Source of the DNA: Octopus vulgaris
Taxonomy: Eukaryota
Direction of reading: 5' to 3'
DNA: 64,000 nt
Assembly: GCA_951406725.2 (NCBI GenBank)
Contig: OX597831.1
Coordinates: 18,972,001-19,036,000 of the forward strand
Below the pieces are notes generated by a model. That model saw nothing but the letters and a program-made list of their open reading frames with translations. It searched no databases and was not told the origin of the DNA. Of this stretch, positions 41,801 to 57,374 are shown piece after piece. Position 1 is the first letter of the stretch. Each line of letters begins with the position of its first letter. A program made the translations under genes and the position numbers.

Positions 41801-44732
41801 GTATTCATCGCTATATATGTTAATTTCTATGAGTCTGTATGATCATTATTTGATATAGCCGAAGAATAAGCAGTAATATAAGTTTAAGGATTCTGTCAGG
41901 TCGCGCTTGAATGCTACTGGTAAAGTGTAATCCAGAACAACCTGTCGGCATGGTCGGCTCATCGACAACTGAACTGGAAACCCCACCAGGCTTAATGTGA
42001 GAGGAGGATGCCGCTGGACAACGTGCGGGAAGAACAATAAAACCTGTTAAAGGGTGGATGAAGTCCTGAAGATCAACGGCCATCCAACAAAATGTCTGTA
42101 TCCTCTTTTTCGTTTCTTATATGTGTATATGCATATATTTACTCTCTCTCTCTCTCACTCCTTATATAAATTATGCTTTCAAAGGCACAAGTGAAATTTG
42201 ACATTATCTTAAATATTTCACCTTGTTTCAAGTGAGATTTTGTATCCTCAAATAAATGGGTGCACATGTCACAACTATCCCGACATTATTTTCCCTCTTT
42301 TTGTTCCTTTCTTAATCGATATAGTCTTTCGCCGATAAATAATGTTGCCAATGGCATCGGTTGCAATTTGCTTTTGATAATTTTGCGTGCGCACAAATTT
42401 CCTCGATTGTTTTATCTCCAATGAGTACGGGCAGATTGTGAATGATGATATTGAATGACTTTTTGTATCTTGGGTTTTGTGAGGAGATGTGACTGCTTTT
42501 ATATTTTGTGTGATTTTTCGGTTAACTTCCCTTAATGCTTGTATGACTATTTCCTTTCTTCGCTTCACCCCTTCGTTTATTAATGATGGTGGGTAATGTC
42601 TTCTGCGGAGTGTCGAATTAAGTTCACAGAGTCTCCGTTTGCGGGGATTGGTATCCGAAACTATAGTTTATACTCATTTCGCTAGATTATAAGGTATATT
42701 AAGTTTCAATATATTTGGGTTGGCATGAGTTAAATAACAGGTATGGTTTTGATTCTGTGGCCCTATAAAATATACAATGTACATTGCCTTGAGAGACGAT
42801 GATATTTTTTTTATTTTAGATATGAGCACGGAAACCATTTGATATACATTTTACTCATATTTAAATTACACGAAGGTTACAGTTACAAAACTCTAAGTAT
42901 GGAGTACTCAAATTATAACAAATATTCCAACAGCTATAAACTTTTTAAACACATAAGATATAGCAATATTAATGAAAGACATAATTGCTTTCGTCCGAGT
43001 TATTCTTTGCCACAGATTTTCAATACTACTCTGAAAGTAAAATGCATCACAGTTTTATATATGAGGAAGTATAATTAATGTCACATTGAAATATTTTCCA
43101 ATACCTTACTGTTCTCGTTAAGGAATCGCCCGGTACATATGTGCACTCAAATGTATGTTTTGTCGTAAGAGATTATATTTCATAATATAGTATCTCGTGT
43201 GGGGCTATTTATTATAGCATCTCTGTTAAGTGATACTTCACGATCCACAATGCGAAATCGTAATAATGTAGAATTTCCTGGCTTTCTTACCATTATTGAT
43301 TCTGCTTCTATGGTACCATCTTCATCCGGGGTAAATACTTCGAATGCGACATTAAAAACAATTTGAAAATAAAAAAAAACAATGACGCAGTGAAAGTCGT
43401 TGAAATATCTCAGAGATATTTTAATCTATATTTAAAGCATACTGTGTAGGGCATTATTAGAATCCTCAATGTCACATATGAAATTGTAGACATTTGTAGT
43501 CCAGTCGATCTAGTTGTGATACAGGAATTTCGTTGTTCGGCTCATCTTTTTGAATAAATTTTTCAAATTAATACGCATATGTACTTCTAGTACCATAAGA
43601 AATATTTATGCATGTGTGAGCAATAATGTTACAAAAGCAGCTCTGGATACTGGCTGACCGCTAACCTGTAAATGGAAGAAAAGTTTCGTTATTTGAGATT
43701 TAATAAAAACAATGACGTAATGTGAATTAGGTGAGCCTTTTTGCTAGTGAGATGTTTTACTGTTCAATTCTTATCACTTCCATTAATTTCCGAATAGTCT
43801 ATGTTATTTTCGATGATATAAACACAAAATATATTAATCAGGGCCACATATAATTTTATGTTATTTATCAGGATTTGATAAGGTAGATTCCCCTATCAGG
43901 AGGAAGTGAATGTTGAGTTTTTTAAACATATACGGTATGTTTGGATAGGTGCACTTTCTTGTGCATACCCAACAGACTATCTTTATCTTGTACTTTTATT
44001 GATTTTAAGCCCTAACGTTGACGTAGATTTACTCGAATTTTTGCTAGATTCCATTTACACCCGCAGATGCTAACAATTGTTGAGGTAGAATAACTACGGT
44101 AATTACCAAACCAGCAGCCTTGAGATCATTGTTCATTAAGGGGAAACTACAGTATCCTATTCTTAAACACTTTCTTTTCAGTTATATACACGTAATAATT
44201 AGCTGTACCATTGAACAATTGTTCGATTTCAATTATATTTCGACGGGCTTGTAACCCCATAAATATAATATCGTATGTATTATAAAGATTATACATATGT
44301 ATGTTATCAAAATATATTCAAAATATTCCTGTACGGATAACTCTAGCGCATTCGTATTATGAAACACTCAACGCATTCTCATAATTCTAATTCCTATGCT
44401 TACGGTGTAATTCAATGTTATTGTAACTACACGGCCTCTTAATATAATTTTCTAAAACATAGAAACCATCTTTTAACTTTCTCAATCAAGGAAGGTTAAA
44501 TAAATAACTGACGCGGGTATTTTACTGTGAACACTTCTACTTCAGTTAGGACGTTATAATGCACCCTTTTGCTTTCCAGAGGCTTTGCATTATATTTTAT
44601 GCCCATGTTACCGTTATCGAAGTCATATTGAAATCGATTACCATACTATGTTAATAATAAAAACATATAGAGCGTCAATTACAACAGATAGGTAGCGAGA
44701 GTATTGTAGTGTATGAAAATGGCATTTATACT

Positions 44733-46472
44733 TCAAATCGATATGGTTGTCATATATTGAAGACTCAGCGGCAGTAGAAATACTTTGCTTGCTCCAACTA
44801 TGTTCCAGACGAGCTTGCCCGACGGAGAAGTATTCTGAAAAATATTTCGAATTGTGAAAAATTATTTTCAAAAGCAATAATAGATTCTCAGTCATATTCC
44901 CATGCGAAAAATTATCCTCTGCTGAATATAGAAACCATTATATTATAATCGATTAGAAATCTTACAGACAAAACAAAATAGATTACACTTTACTGATCGA
45001 CTCTTTTACTTGTTTCAGTCATTTGACTGTGGTCATGCTGGAGCACCGCCTTTAGCCGACCCCAGGGATTATCCATTGTAAGCCTAGTATTTATTCTCTC
45101 GGGGCCTTTTACCGAACAGCTATGTTACGGGGACGTAGACACACCAGCATCAGTTGTCAAGTGATGTTGGGGAACAAACACAAACACGCACACGCACATA
45201 CATATATATACATATATACGATCGGCTTCTTTCAGTTTCCGCCTACTAGATCCACTCACAAGTCTTTGGTCTGTCTGAGGCTATAGTAGAAGACACTTGC
45301 CCAAGGTGCCACGCAGAGAGACTGAACCCAGAACCATGTGGTTGGTAAGCATGCTACTTACCAAACAGCCACACTTCCGCCATTACGTTTATTTCACTGC
45401 GGTGGCCCCTATAGCCTAATATTTACTATTGAATTGAAAGAAAAGAAAATCGTAGCTAAACAGCTTTCGTTCTTTGTCCGCTCGATTGTTCCTTCAAGGG
45501 TGATGTAAGGAAAATTAATGATTGTTTAGAATTATTAAAGAAAAGAAAACTTTTTGAACCGTTAATTTCTGAATCGCTCATTTTAAATGGAAACATAACG
45601 AACACGATGCAGGGTACTTACCGGGCATTTCTTAGAACGTATGGTTTTGAAAGTGTACTTGCAAAACTTCAACGATTTCTTGAAGCACTTTTCAAATTCA
45701 TCGAAATTACTGGAAGGTAAAACCATAAATAAAAATTATACATTGCGGCATTCTTGCTTTGTTTATATTTTTATAAACCTCGATTCTGGAGCCAAACTCG
45801 ACTTTCATATACCTTCTTTTGCATTGTCTCTCCGGCATATATATTCCATTACCTGTTTCAGTCATTTTGGACAACAGCCCAGTTGGACCGACGCGTTTAG
45901 TTGAGCAAATCAAGCCCAGGACTTATTCTTTGTAAGCCTTGAACTTATTCTATCGATCTGTTTTGCCGAACCGCAATGTTACGGGAACGTAAACACACCA
46001 GCATCGGTTGTCAAGCGTTGTTGAAGGGGATACACATACAATTATATACTCACACATACATATATATATCGATAGATAGATAGATAGATAGATAGATATA
46101 CGACGTGTTTCTTTCAGCTACCAAATCCACTCGAAAGGCTTTAGTCGACCCTAGGATATATTAGAAGACACTTGCCCCAAATCCCGGTCAATCGCGTCAG
46201 ACAATTGCTAGCGGAGATATCACGTTTCACTTGGTCTAGTTTAAAAACAAAATATTGTCTATATTTAATCGGACAAAGAGATTCGATATATTTATCAATG
46301 GACATATTAGGGTTCATTGCCGTGATTCCATATAAATACATGCAGCATTTTCGAATAGATTTATAAAAGGAAATATTTGTCAATAAGCGAGTGTATAAAT
46401 ATTAAGTAAATACTCAATCGAAAAGTACAATCATATATAAATAAATAAATAAATAAATATATATATATATAC

Positions 46473-46554
<82 letters not shown>

Positions 46555-47423
46555 CCTACATACATACATATATATAAATATTATACATATATAAACACTT
46601 ATAAATTTAACTATAATTACCTGCAATATAACTCTGGATTCAATACAGGGTCTGCATAGGTAGAAGGGCATTTACGTCTTGCAGATTGAAGGCATTCCCA
46701 TTTAAATGATATTACGCCTAAAATATGTGAGGTTCCTCTTGAAAATTTTTTAAGATTTTTCCGAAATTAATTTTTTTGTTAAATTACAAATCATTTCCTT
46801 TTGATAGGCATTCATATGATACATATTATACATGTGGGTGTTTGATGTTCTGTTCTGTGTATTTTTGAGTGTGGTGAAGATGTTTCAATATAGTTCTGAC
46901 CGTGTATTTGTCACAATTTATACTGTGTTTATCAGCTCACATAAGTACGCCACTTTACAGGAAACACGCCTTGTATCGAAAGTCCTCGTTCATCACGTTT
47001 CTCACTCCGATACATAATGGTGTTTGGAAATGGCCTCCATTTGTTTACCAGGATTATTATCGATAATATTCAGTGTTCGTTGTATAAATTGCGGTATCTT
47101 AACGCTTTCTACTGGAGGAATATTCCATTCAGGGTCTACCATATCGGATTGCAAAGGTAATTCAGTTGCTTGTACAACTGCGTGTTCACAATGGGAACGA
47201 CAGAATGAGCTCTCCGTTTTGCCCTTGTAACAATCTTGTTCCGTCTATTTCTCAGCATCACAAAGACCTCGAAACAATTTCACAATACATTTTTAATAGC
47301 CCTGTTCAGGTACTTATCACAATCTTGTTCCTTGGACGTGGTATAAGAAGTTTTATATTCTGAACACAACTCATAGACCAAAATATTTTGATTACAGATA
47401 TTGTTTTATAAAGTTCTCATGTA

Positions 47424-47491
<68 letters not shown>

Positions 47492-50400
47492 GGGGGGGGT
47501 TGTTATCATGTAGAATACGTATATATACAAATTAGCAAAGAACGTAATAAAATGTTTCTAAAGAAAAAAAAGAGTTAGCTCCTCTAAAGTTGATTTATCA
47601 GATAACGGAATATTTGTTACCTTTTGGAAGAATTATTTAATAATAAAAGCTAATGACTGAATTCTGTGGAAAAGTTTCTATTCTATTTGGCAACGGATTT
47701 CTTATGAACATGTTTAGATGTTTCCATTAACACGCAAATAGTGAGCGGTGTTCCGCCGGGCACTGTTTTGGGACCACTTCTGTTCATAATGGCCCTCTCA
47801 GACATGCCCTCAGCCACGCAGAGAGCCACGATCACAAGTTATGCAGATGATACAAAAGTTTGACAGGCAATACAGAACCCTGAGGACACTAAACGCCTGC
47901 AATGTGAGCTGGACAAAATATACAAGTGGGCTGAAAAGAATAGCATGCAGTTCAATGCTGAAAAGTTTCAAGCTTTATACTATCAGCATGCAAAACTAAA
48001 TGCAATACCAAATGAATACACTGAACCCGGAGGAACTGCAATCCCAGAGGCACAATCAGTGCGTGACCTGGGTATTTACATGAGTGATGACGCAACCTTT
48101 CGTGTACATGTTGCTAAATTGGCATTGAAATGTAGACGACTGGCCGGATGGATTCTCAGAACCTTTAGAACAAGAGAACAAGAAACCATGATGGTCCTCT
48201 GGAGGACACTTGTCCTAAGCCACTTTGACTATTGCTCTCAGCTATGGTCACCATCCAGTGTCAAGTTGATCACAGAACTTGAGGCGATCCAACGTAGCTA
48301 CACGAAGAAGATAGCCTCTGTGCAGAATATAAGCTACTGGGAAAGACTCAAGAGATTAAAACTCTATTCCTTGGAGCGTAGGCGAGAAAACCATGCCATG
48401 ATATACATCTGCAATATCCTGGAAGGACTTGTCCCAAACTTTGGCATCGAGAGTTACACAAATGCTAGAACTGGGCGCCACTGCATGGTGCCTAGGACTC
48501 CAAATTTGCCATCAAGATGTAGGACAAGATACCGTGATAATCTGGGCTTCCGAGAACCACAGCTCTTCAATATCCTCCCGAAGAACCTAAGAGACCTGCA
48601 TGGGTTGGATGCAGATGTCTTTAAAATGAAACTGGATCTCTTCTTGTCAGGTATCCCAGATGAACTAACTTCACGGCAGGAGGTGCAGCTGAGGGCAGCT
48701 GCATCGAACTCTCTCAAGCACCAAATGGCAGTTGCTAAAAAGCATTCGTGAAGTAAAACCATGTAGCAACACCAAATGGCTGTGCCCCAGCATGGCCACA
48801 GCTCGTGAGCTGAAACTAGAATCAATCAATCAATCAATCAATCATATATATATATAACACTTGTTTCATGGGTGTGCGGTAATAAGTTTGCTTTCCAAAC
48901 ACATGGTTTCATACATCCAGCCTTGTACGTGGAACTTGACTGTCACTACATAAAACTGGTGATTTCGTAATGCATTAAAGAACTCGTTTATTTAAACATT
49001 GTAAATCTGTAACAATTGCAAATGATAAAATGTGAAAAGGGGAATTTGTTGGAATTTTATTGATTAATATATCACTTTGCAAGAAAAGTACAAGGTCACT
49101 GTGTCCATTCTTGGCCCTCTAATTGATGAAAATGGCACTCTACAAGAGAAAGTCGAAACCAAGTATGAGATACAGCAGAAAAAGTACTGCTCTGTTATCA
49201 GCAATCTCAATATGGCCTATCTGGCCTGTATCAGTCAGGTTCATCTTCAGCACACCCAAGACTTGGCCCACGTGCTATCCACCCACAACATAAAACATAC
49301 TCGCAGCACAAAACATTATTAGGGCACATTTATGTTACCTCAATTGGACCCGGTCCCTCTAACATTATACTAAAACACATGAAAGCAGAAACAGTGACCA
49401 TCCAGTTTAAGACGTCTTCGGACAAATTTCTCCAAGAATTATAGGATAAACCTCATACACTCGGATATGCCTCTGTAAGTAATAACTCTATTTTCGAATG
49501 GGCCATGTATGTATGTATGTACGTATGTATGTATGTATGTATGTACGTATGTATGTATGTATGTATGTATGTATGTATGTATGTATGTATGTATGTATGT
49601 ATGTATGTATGTATGTATGTATGTATATGGAACAAAAACGTAATAGAGGACAATAAAACATTCGGACAGATAGACTGGAGAAAAAAACAATTAGAACAAC
49701 AGGAAAAAAGACGGGCCATTTGTTGCCTTATTTCATCAGCCAAGTTTACCAGATGTCCTTACTGCTTCCCGAAATTACATTTGAGACATTTCGATCTGGT
49801 TGCCCCCAAAAGATTCTTAGCTAAGTGAATTAGATATTTTTGGAAGAAAGTTAGCGAATGTGTACGAAAACAAAGACAAAAAAAGGAGAACATGGTATGC
49901 AATTTCAAATACAACCAACATGAAATTAGCAACAGGTGTCTTTCGATTTAGAACGAATCCAATTGAAGTGGCGTGCATGAAGTGAAAGCCTAAAGGCAGG
50001 AACAGAGGTGATGGACACAAGAGGTGTTGGCGGTCGGCATTCAGGCTAAGAAAGAAAGATCATGGCTGGCCAGACACCGGCCACTTGGAAGGAGGAGAGA
50101 GGGGTAGGAGGCAGCGGGATTGAAGGATTAGCGAAAATCAGCATTCGGACAGACAGATAATACAAAGGCCGACAGGAGAAACAACATTTAGGTCAGAAAA
50201 TAAAGAGAGTCATTCGCGTCCTTCTTTCATCAGTCAAGTTTACAAGTGGTCCTCATTTTTTCGGACACAACAAGGTGTCCGATTAGTATTTGCGAGGAGA
50301 GATCATCGCTTCTATCTATTCCTGGTCTTACGTGATACATACTAGTTAGTCATTAACATGCGCTAAGGACGGGTAACCACCCGGAACCTCGAGTCTGTGT

Positions 50401-51072
50401 GTATCACGTAAAGCTAGAGATGGGAGCGTTGACCTTCCCTCGCAAATGCTAATCGGACACAGAATGTGTATCGTTAGCTAACTGGCGGAAATGTTTTCAA
50501 GGGGCTATAAACGCCAGTATCACTATCCCGTATGTGACTTCACCTTTGGCTGGCAATTCTGTATTGTTATGATCCTGTATTGCTACAGGGTACATCTTGC
50601 TCGGATATTTAATCTAGATTATTTCTCCACTTTCGAGATCAGCGACGGTTGGTCGCTGCAGAAAGCATCTGGTATTTTGCGAGTTGGGTGAGTTTTCATC
50701 ACTAGCTTCCGATGAACACATGCTGATGACGGGTAACCACCTAGAAACTCAGGTTCGGGTGTATCACTAAGGGTAGGGAGGGGAGCGATGACCATCCCTC
50801 GCAAATTATAATCGGAAACAGAATGTGTTGTTAGTTGGAGGAGACGTTTTCCTGGAGCTATAAACGCTAGTAGTACAGACCCGTAGGGGACGCCGCACTT
50901 GGTTGGAAAATATAGGTTACGTTTCAGTATTGCTACTGTTTGCAGATTTAATATAGCTATGCGTGAGCGGCTGTGTGTGTGTGTGTGCGTTGTGTGTTTG
51001 TCTAAATATGTTTGTCAGTATGGATGTATGTATGTACGTATGTATGTATGTATGTATGTATGTATGTATGTA

Positions 51073-51160
<88 letters not shown>

Positions 51161-51840
51161 AATGAATGAATTCATGTGTGCATGCAAGAATAAGGAGAAT
51201 TAAAAAATGGTTGATGCAAAATGTATATAGTACTCCATCCCGTATATTTTGCGCACAAATACGAACAACTATTGCCATTAAGCGCATAAGAGAAAGTAGA
51301 TTATTGGAATCACTCGTCCTAGTCTGTTTGTTTACGCATTTACAAAATCCTTGCCAAAAAACGGTTCAATGGATATTCATGAAAATCGGTAAAACAAACT
51401 CAGTGGTTGAGTGGTTCGAAGTGATGATATGTTGGCTTAATTATCTTCAAACATGCATAATGCATACATACATTTGCGACTGCGTGTGAGCCTGTGTGTG
51501 TACAGTGATGGATTCGAGTCTTTCGTTTATTTACCAGTTGATTTTTGAATTTCAGAGGAGTATGCTTATCATGGTGATACTTAAGACACAAAAATTAAAT
51601 GGAACTTACAAATTTCCCGATAAGCAAGTTTAATGAAACCTTTCCAAATCTTCATTCAATTCAATTAAAAATCATGGATAAGCAACGCATTGTAAACCAC
51701 ATGATAACTGGCCAAAATATTTTATCTGAGTGCAGGGTTTGCATCTCACTTCTAGTGCCTATTTTTTTTCTCATTATAAATTAATTTCCATAAAGCTACT
51801 TACGGGAAATGAGGAAGACGAAGACGATAAAATGCTTCAT
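44733..51840 (-). CDS. Copy D: small secreted, probably GPI-anchored six-Cys protein (107 aa)
   Basis: Exons 51804-51840, 46621-46717, 45622-45709 and 44733-44834 (37+97+88+102 = 324 nt). [107 protein letters not shown]. Confidence 0.85.
47720..48843 (+). mobile_element. 5'-truncated CR1-like LINE in intron 1 of copy D (same insertion as 35312-36433)
   Basis: ORF 47945-48751, the same junctions as in copy C, and an (aatc)n tail. Confidence 0.9.
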
Positions 51841-52500
51841 TGTCTAATTTCGTGACGAATATCTCGTAGTCTGGCGATTCGCATCGTGGAAACATATGTT
51901 ATAATTAAATATGATGTGACATATGTTTCAACTGACAGAGACAGCTTGTGAATGTGATCAATGACATGCAATGTCATAATACATTCTCCTATGTTTATTC
52001 TTCTACTTTCACGAGCCCCACAGTTGTGTAAAAGATAGTTTTACATAAATCTGTGATATTTGTGTGCACCCGTACTTCGTGAACGAAGAACAAATTTCGT
52101 TTCTAATCTAGGCACAACGCCCGAAATTTTAGGAGAAGGGATCAGCTGATTAGATCGACCCCGAAGAGATGAAATCAAAGGCGACCTCGGCAGAAAGGAA
52201 GAACAATATTACAAATACGTGTTGAGCCTAAATTTAACAACTATTATTTATCTATTTTTGAAGGAAACATTTCATGAATTTCTTACACTTCTACGTCTTT
52301 GGAGAGCATATATATTCATGTTTCAATTGAGAAAATGTCAGATGACATGAAGAAATGGAAGCCATTTGACAATTAGGTCCAAATTTTGTGGACGAGACAA
52401 GCTATTTCAAACTTTTCTTTCTCCACTAATTGCCTTCTCATTGCCTCACCTCCACATACTTATAATTGCTTTCTAAAAATTACATAATAATAATAATAAT

Positions 52501-52576
<76 letters not shown>

Positions 52577-52741
52577 GTATATATATATATATATATATTT
52601 ATATATGTATATATATATATAGAGAGAGAGAGATATTTATATATATTTATATATGTATATATATATACGTATTCATTGCTATATATGTTATTTTTATAAT
52701 TGCTTTCTAAAAATTACACATTAATATATATATACATATAC

Positions 52742-52776
<35 letters not shown>

Positions 52777-52991
52777 GGCATGGTCGGCTCATCGACAACT
52801 GAACTGGAAACCCCACCAGGCTTGTTGTGAGAGGAGGATGCCGCTGGACAACGTGCGGGATGAACAATAAAACCTGTTAAAGGGTGGATGAAGTCCTGAA
52901 GATCAACGGCCATCCAACAAAATGTCTGTATCCTCTTTTTCATTTCTTATATGTGTATATGCATATATTTACACACTCTCTCTCTCTCTCT

Positions 52992-53026
<35 letters not shown>

Positions 53027-53148
53027 TATGTCTTTTAATTGTATATCTTTTACTTTTCTTTATACAATATTATTTATTTGTACTTCTTATGGACACATCA
53101 CACGTTTTTATTATTTATTTTATATATATGTATATATATATATATATA

Positions 53149-54172
53149 CTGGCATTTAAGACCCGTCGTTGCCGGGTCATAGTGCTAGTGCATGTATATA
53201 TGTGTATATATATGTGTACATATTACATGTACATCTATATATATACATCTACACATAAAATACAAAATACAAAGTTATATCTTGATATCAGTAATGATAA
53301 CAATACTCAAAATATATAACAAACTGGAATTGTTAGCCCGCCTCTTGTAATTTCGATCAATTGTATCTTGTCCTCCCTCTTGTATAGAAGTGTGGCTACA
53401 ATCCAGCCTACTTCTTCTTCTGGGGGGGGGGGATTAAAATTTTTTTTCCCGGGATGTCCTACGTCCCAGATATAAAGTTAAAAATAAAATATTTGCACTT
53501 TACAAGTTTGAATCGAGTACTCCCTTGCACGCTCCGTTGACTCGAACCTTGCTTCTATTGTGGCGAATTTACCCCGTCTGATTAGATATATTTCATAGTC
53601 GCACCAAGACACTTTTCGAAGGTGCTTTCCTCCATGTGTTCAAATCTTCTTTTTTGTCTACATATTATACTTTATAGACTATAGTCTTTACTTTAATTTA
53701 ATTTTTTATTATCCATCTGGACTATTCCATTTCTGCACGCTAATTTTATTTTTAATTTATTCCCATTCATGTGAAACCACTTATTCAAGTTCAAGTAACT
53801 GATGCAATTTCATACCAATTGCTATTTTTACTTTTGTTATGTTACGATTATATTATACTTTAGTTTGATTTTAATTATTACTTACTACATATAATTCAAT
53901 TGTTATTATTATTTTTATTGTTAAAGTGAAAGAATCTGACATAAAATAGAGAAAAATGTTTGTTTCACTTTTAACACGTAATACTGAAATAGTGGAGAAC
54001 ATATGATATTGCTATGGGCTTGCTCTAGGCAAGAAGTTGAACATGATACTCCCCGGACCCTAAGTAAGGCATGTGTAAAATTTGAATGAAATTGGTTGTG
54101 TAGTTCTCAAGTTTTAGGAAAACACACAGACATACAGACAGACACACATTCTCAGTTTTATATATATAAAGA
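53149..54172 (-). mobile_element. Non-autonomous Helitron (Lep1-like), copy 2
   Basis: Ends homologous to 623-1599 (gacccgtcgttgccgggtc hairpin; acagacagac...ctcagttttatatata). The internal segment differs. Confidence 0.65.
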
Positions 54173-55949
54173 TATATATGGGTGTGTGTGTATGTTTGTT
54201 TTTATATACTTAGAGCTCGAATCCTGAAAAAGTGTCTGTCAGGGATCTGGTATTGCACCTTACAGTTGCAAATCTAAATATAGAGTAATCGAAATATAAG
54301 CTAATCTCTTTATCACCAGATGAAATGCAACAAAGCAAATGGAAGACATCTTTGCTTTCATCCCAGTTATGCTTCGCCACGGGTTTTATATAATTCTCTG
54401 AAAGTGAAATTCATCGCATCTTTATATAGGTTGAATTTTTTGTAAATAAACATTAAATCACTCGACGTACACGTGCACTCAAATGGAAGTATGGTCGTAA
54501 GAGGTTTTATTTCGAAAATATACAGCATAGTATCTCGTGTGCGTGTACTTAACGTAGTAATTCCGTTGGATGAAACTTCACGATCCGTAATCCTTTCTTA
54601 CCATTATTGATTCTACTTATATGACAACATTTTCATCCGGGGTGAATACTTCGAATGTAATTTAATCTATATTTGAAGTCCAGAGTGTTGGACATTATTA
54701 GATATCCTCAATGTCGCGTATGGTATTGTAATATTTAAATTCCGGGTTGTTGACTTGTCTCATTGAACAAATTTTTCAAATTAATGCACATACGTACTTC
54801 TAATGCCATAACAAATACTTATGTATGTGTGAGTAAGAGAGTTACAATAGCAGCTCCAAATGCTGACTGGCTGCTAGCCTGTAAAGGGAATAAAAGACTT
54901 GTATCTCAAAATTTAATAAAAAGAATATTGTAAGGTGAATTAAATGACCCTTTTTAATAATGAGACGTTTCACTGTGCTACGATTAGTACTTCTTTTAAT
55001 TTCCGATTGGCCGTGTTTTTATCGGTCATATGGACACAAATTATATTAATCAGGGCCACATATAATTTTATGTTATGTGGATAGAATAAGTTAGCTTCCT
55101 TTATGAGACTGCCGTGTATGTTGTGTCTTTTAAAAGTCATATACGGTATGTTTGTAGATACTTTTAATTAACTAACAAAGAGGTTTGTTTTCGTAGGTAC
55201 ACTTTCTTCCGCATATCCGACACTATCTCTCGTACTTTTTATTGATTTTATGCCCTAACGTTGCCGTAGGTTTAGTTGAATTATTTACGATCGCAGATGC
55301 TGCTAACGGTTGATGCACAAGAACTACGCCAGCAGCTATGGCATCATTTTTCATTCGGAGGAAACTACAGAATCCCATTCTTAAAAAACTTTCTTTTCAA
55401 ATATATTCCTGTAATAATCATCATTGTCATCGAACATTTTTCCGATTACAATTTTATTGGCAACGGACATGTAACGCCATAAATATTATATGATATGTAT
55501 TATAAAGATTATACATATGTATGTTATCAAAATATATTCAAAATATTCCTGTACGGATAACTCTAGCGCATTCGCATTATGAAACAACCAACGCATTCTC
55601 ATAGTTCTAATTCCTATGCTTACGGTGTAATTCAATGTTATTGTAACTACACGGCCTCTTAATATAATTTTCTAAAACATAGAAACCAACTTTTAACTTT
55701 CTCAAACAAGGAAGATCTAATAAATAACTGACGCGGGTATTTTACTGTGAACACTTCTACTTCAGTTAGGACGTTATATTGCACCCTTTTGCCTTCCGGG
55801 GGCATTGCATTATATTTTATGCCCATGTTACCGTTATTGTAGCCACATTGAAATGGTTTATTATATTATGTTACTAATAACAAATGTAGAGCGTCGATTA
55901 CAACAGATATGTTGCGATAGAATTATAGTGAATTAAAAAGACATATACT

Positions 55950-56708
55950 TCAAATCGATATGGTTGTCATATATTGAAAACTCGGAGGCTGTAGAAATAT
56001 TTCGCTTACTCCAATTATGTTGCCCAATGCCTTCCTCGGCTGTGGTGTACTCTGAAAAATATGATGAATTATAGTGAAAACTTAGTTTCAGAACCAATAA
56101 TAGATTCTTCAAACATATTGCCACAAGAAAGATTATCCTCTACTGCATAATGATGTCATAATACAACAATCGATTATAAATCATCCAAGTAAGACAAAAT
56201 AGATGGTCAAAGTTATTAAATTTACTTCGACCGGATTTTCATTACGTTTATTCCATCGCGGTACCCCCTATGTCCAATTATTTAGTAATGAATTGAAATA
56301 AAAGAAAATCGTAGCTAAATAGCAATCGTTCTTTCTTCGCTCGCGTGTTCCTTCAAGGGTGATACAATGAAAATTAATCATTGTTTAGATTTGTAAAATA
56401 AAAGTATACTTTAAATCGTTAATTTCTTAGTCGAACCTTTTTAATGGAAATATAGCAAACACAATGCAAGCTACTTACCACGCACTTAAAATACTGTTCA
56501 TCTTTAAAATCTTGTAAACACACATAGGAAAATCTCATGAAGCATTTCACAAAACTGTCAAATTCACTGGAATGTAAAATTATGAATGGACATTATGCAT
56601 TCGGGTATTCTTGTATTGCTTAAATATTTATAAAACCCCAATTCTGGAGTCAGACTCGATTTCCATGGAATTCAATATGTATTGTCTCTCTGGTAATTAA
56701 GTCCGTTA

Positions 56709-56795
<87 letters not shown>

Positions 56796-57330
56796 CATAT
56801 ATACATGTTCGTATATACACATATATGTGTGCATACATACATATGCGTGTATATATATGTATATATTTATATATATATATATGTGTGCGTGTGTGTATGC
56901 AGACTTGAGTCTGGTGCATCCTCCTGGCTTCCCAGAACCCGGTCGAACCGTCTATCATATGCTAGCATGGAAAACGGACGGTAAACGTTGATGATGATGA
57001 TGGTGATAACGTATATATGAATATTGCATAAATGTTCGTGGGTAAGGCCAGAACAATGGGAAGTAAATGCAACGTATATCACAAGGAAACATATATTTGA
57101 ATTAGTGTAAATTTAGCCTGTATTCCATATTTCGGGGTTATGACCCTATCCTCAAGAAATTGAGAAATGTTGCCGATGTGAGTGGGTGTGAACGTGTGTA
57201 GATGGGATCATAACCTCGAAATATTGAATACAAATTAAGTCCTACATAAATTCAAATATTTGTTTTCTTGTGAGTTACCTTCGTTCTTTTTTACAATATA
57301 TTCTACACAATGCTTCACAGAAATTATTCC

Positions 57331-57374
<44 letters not shown>
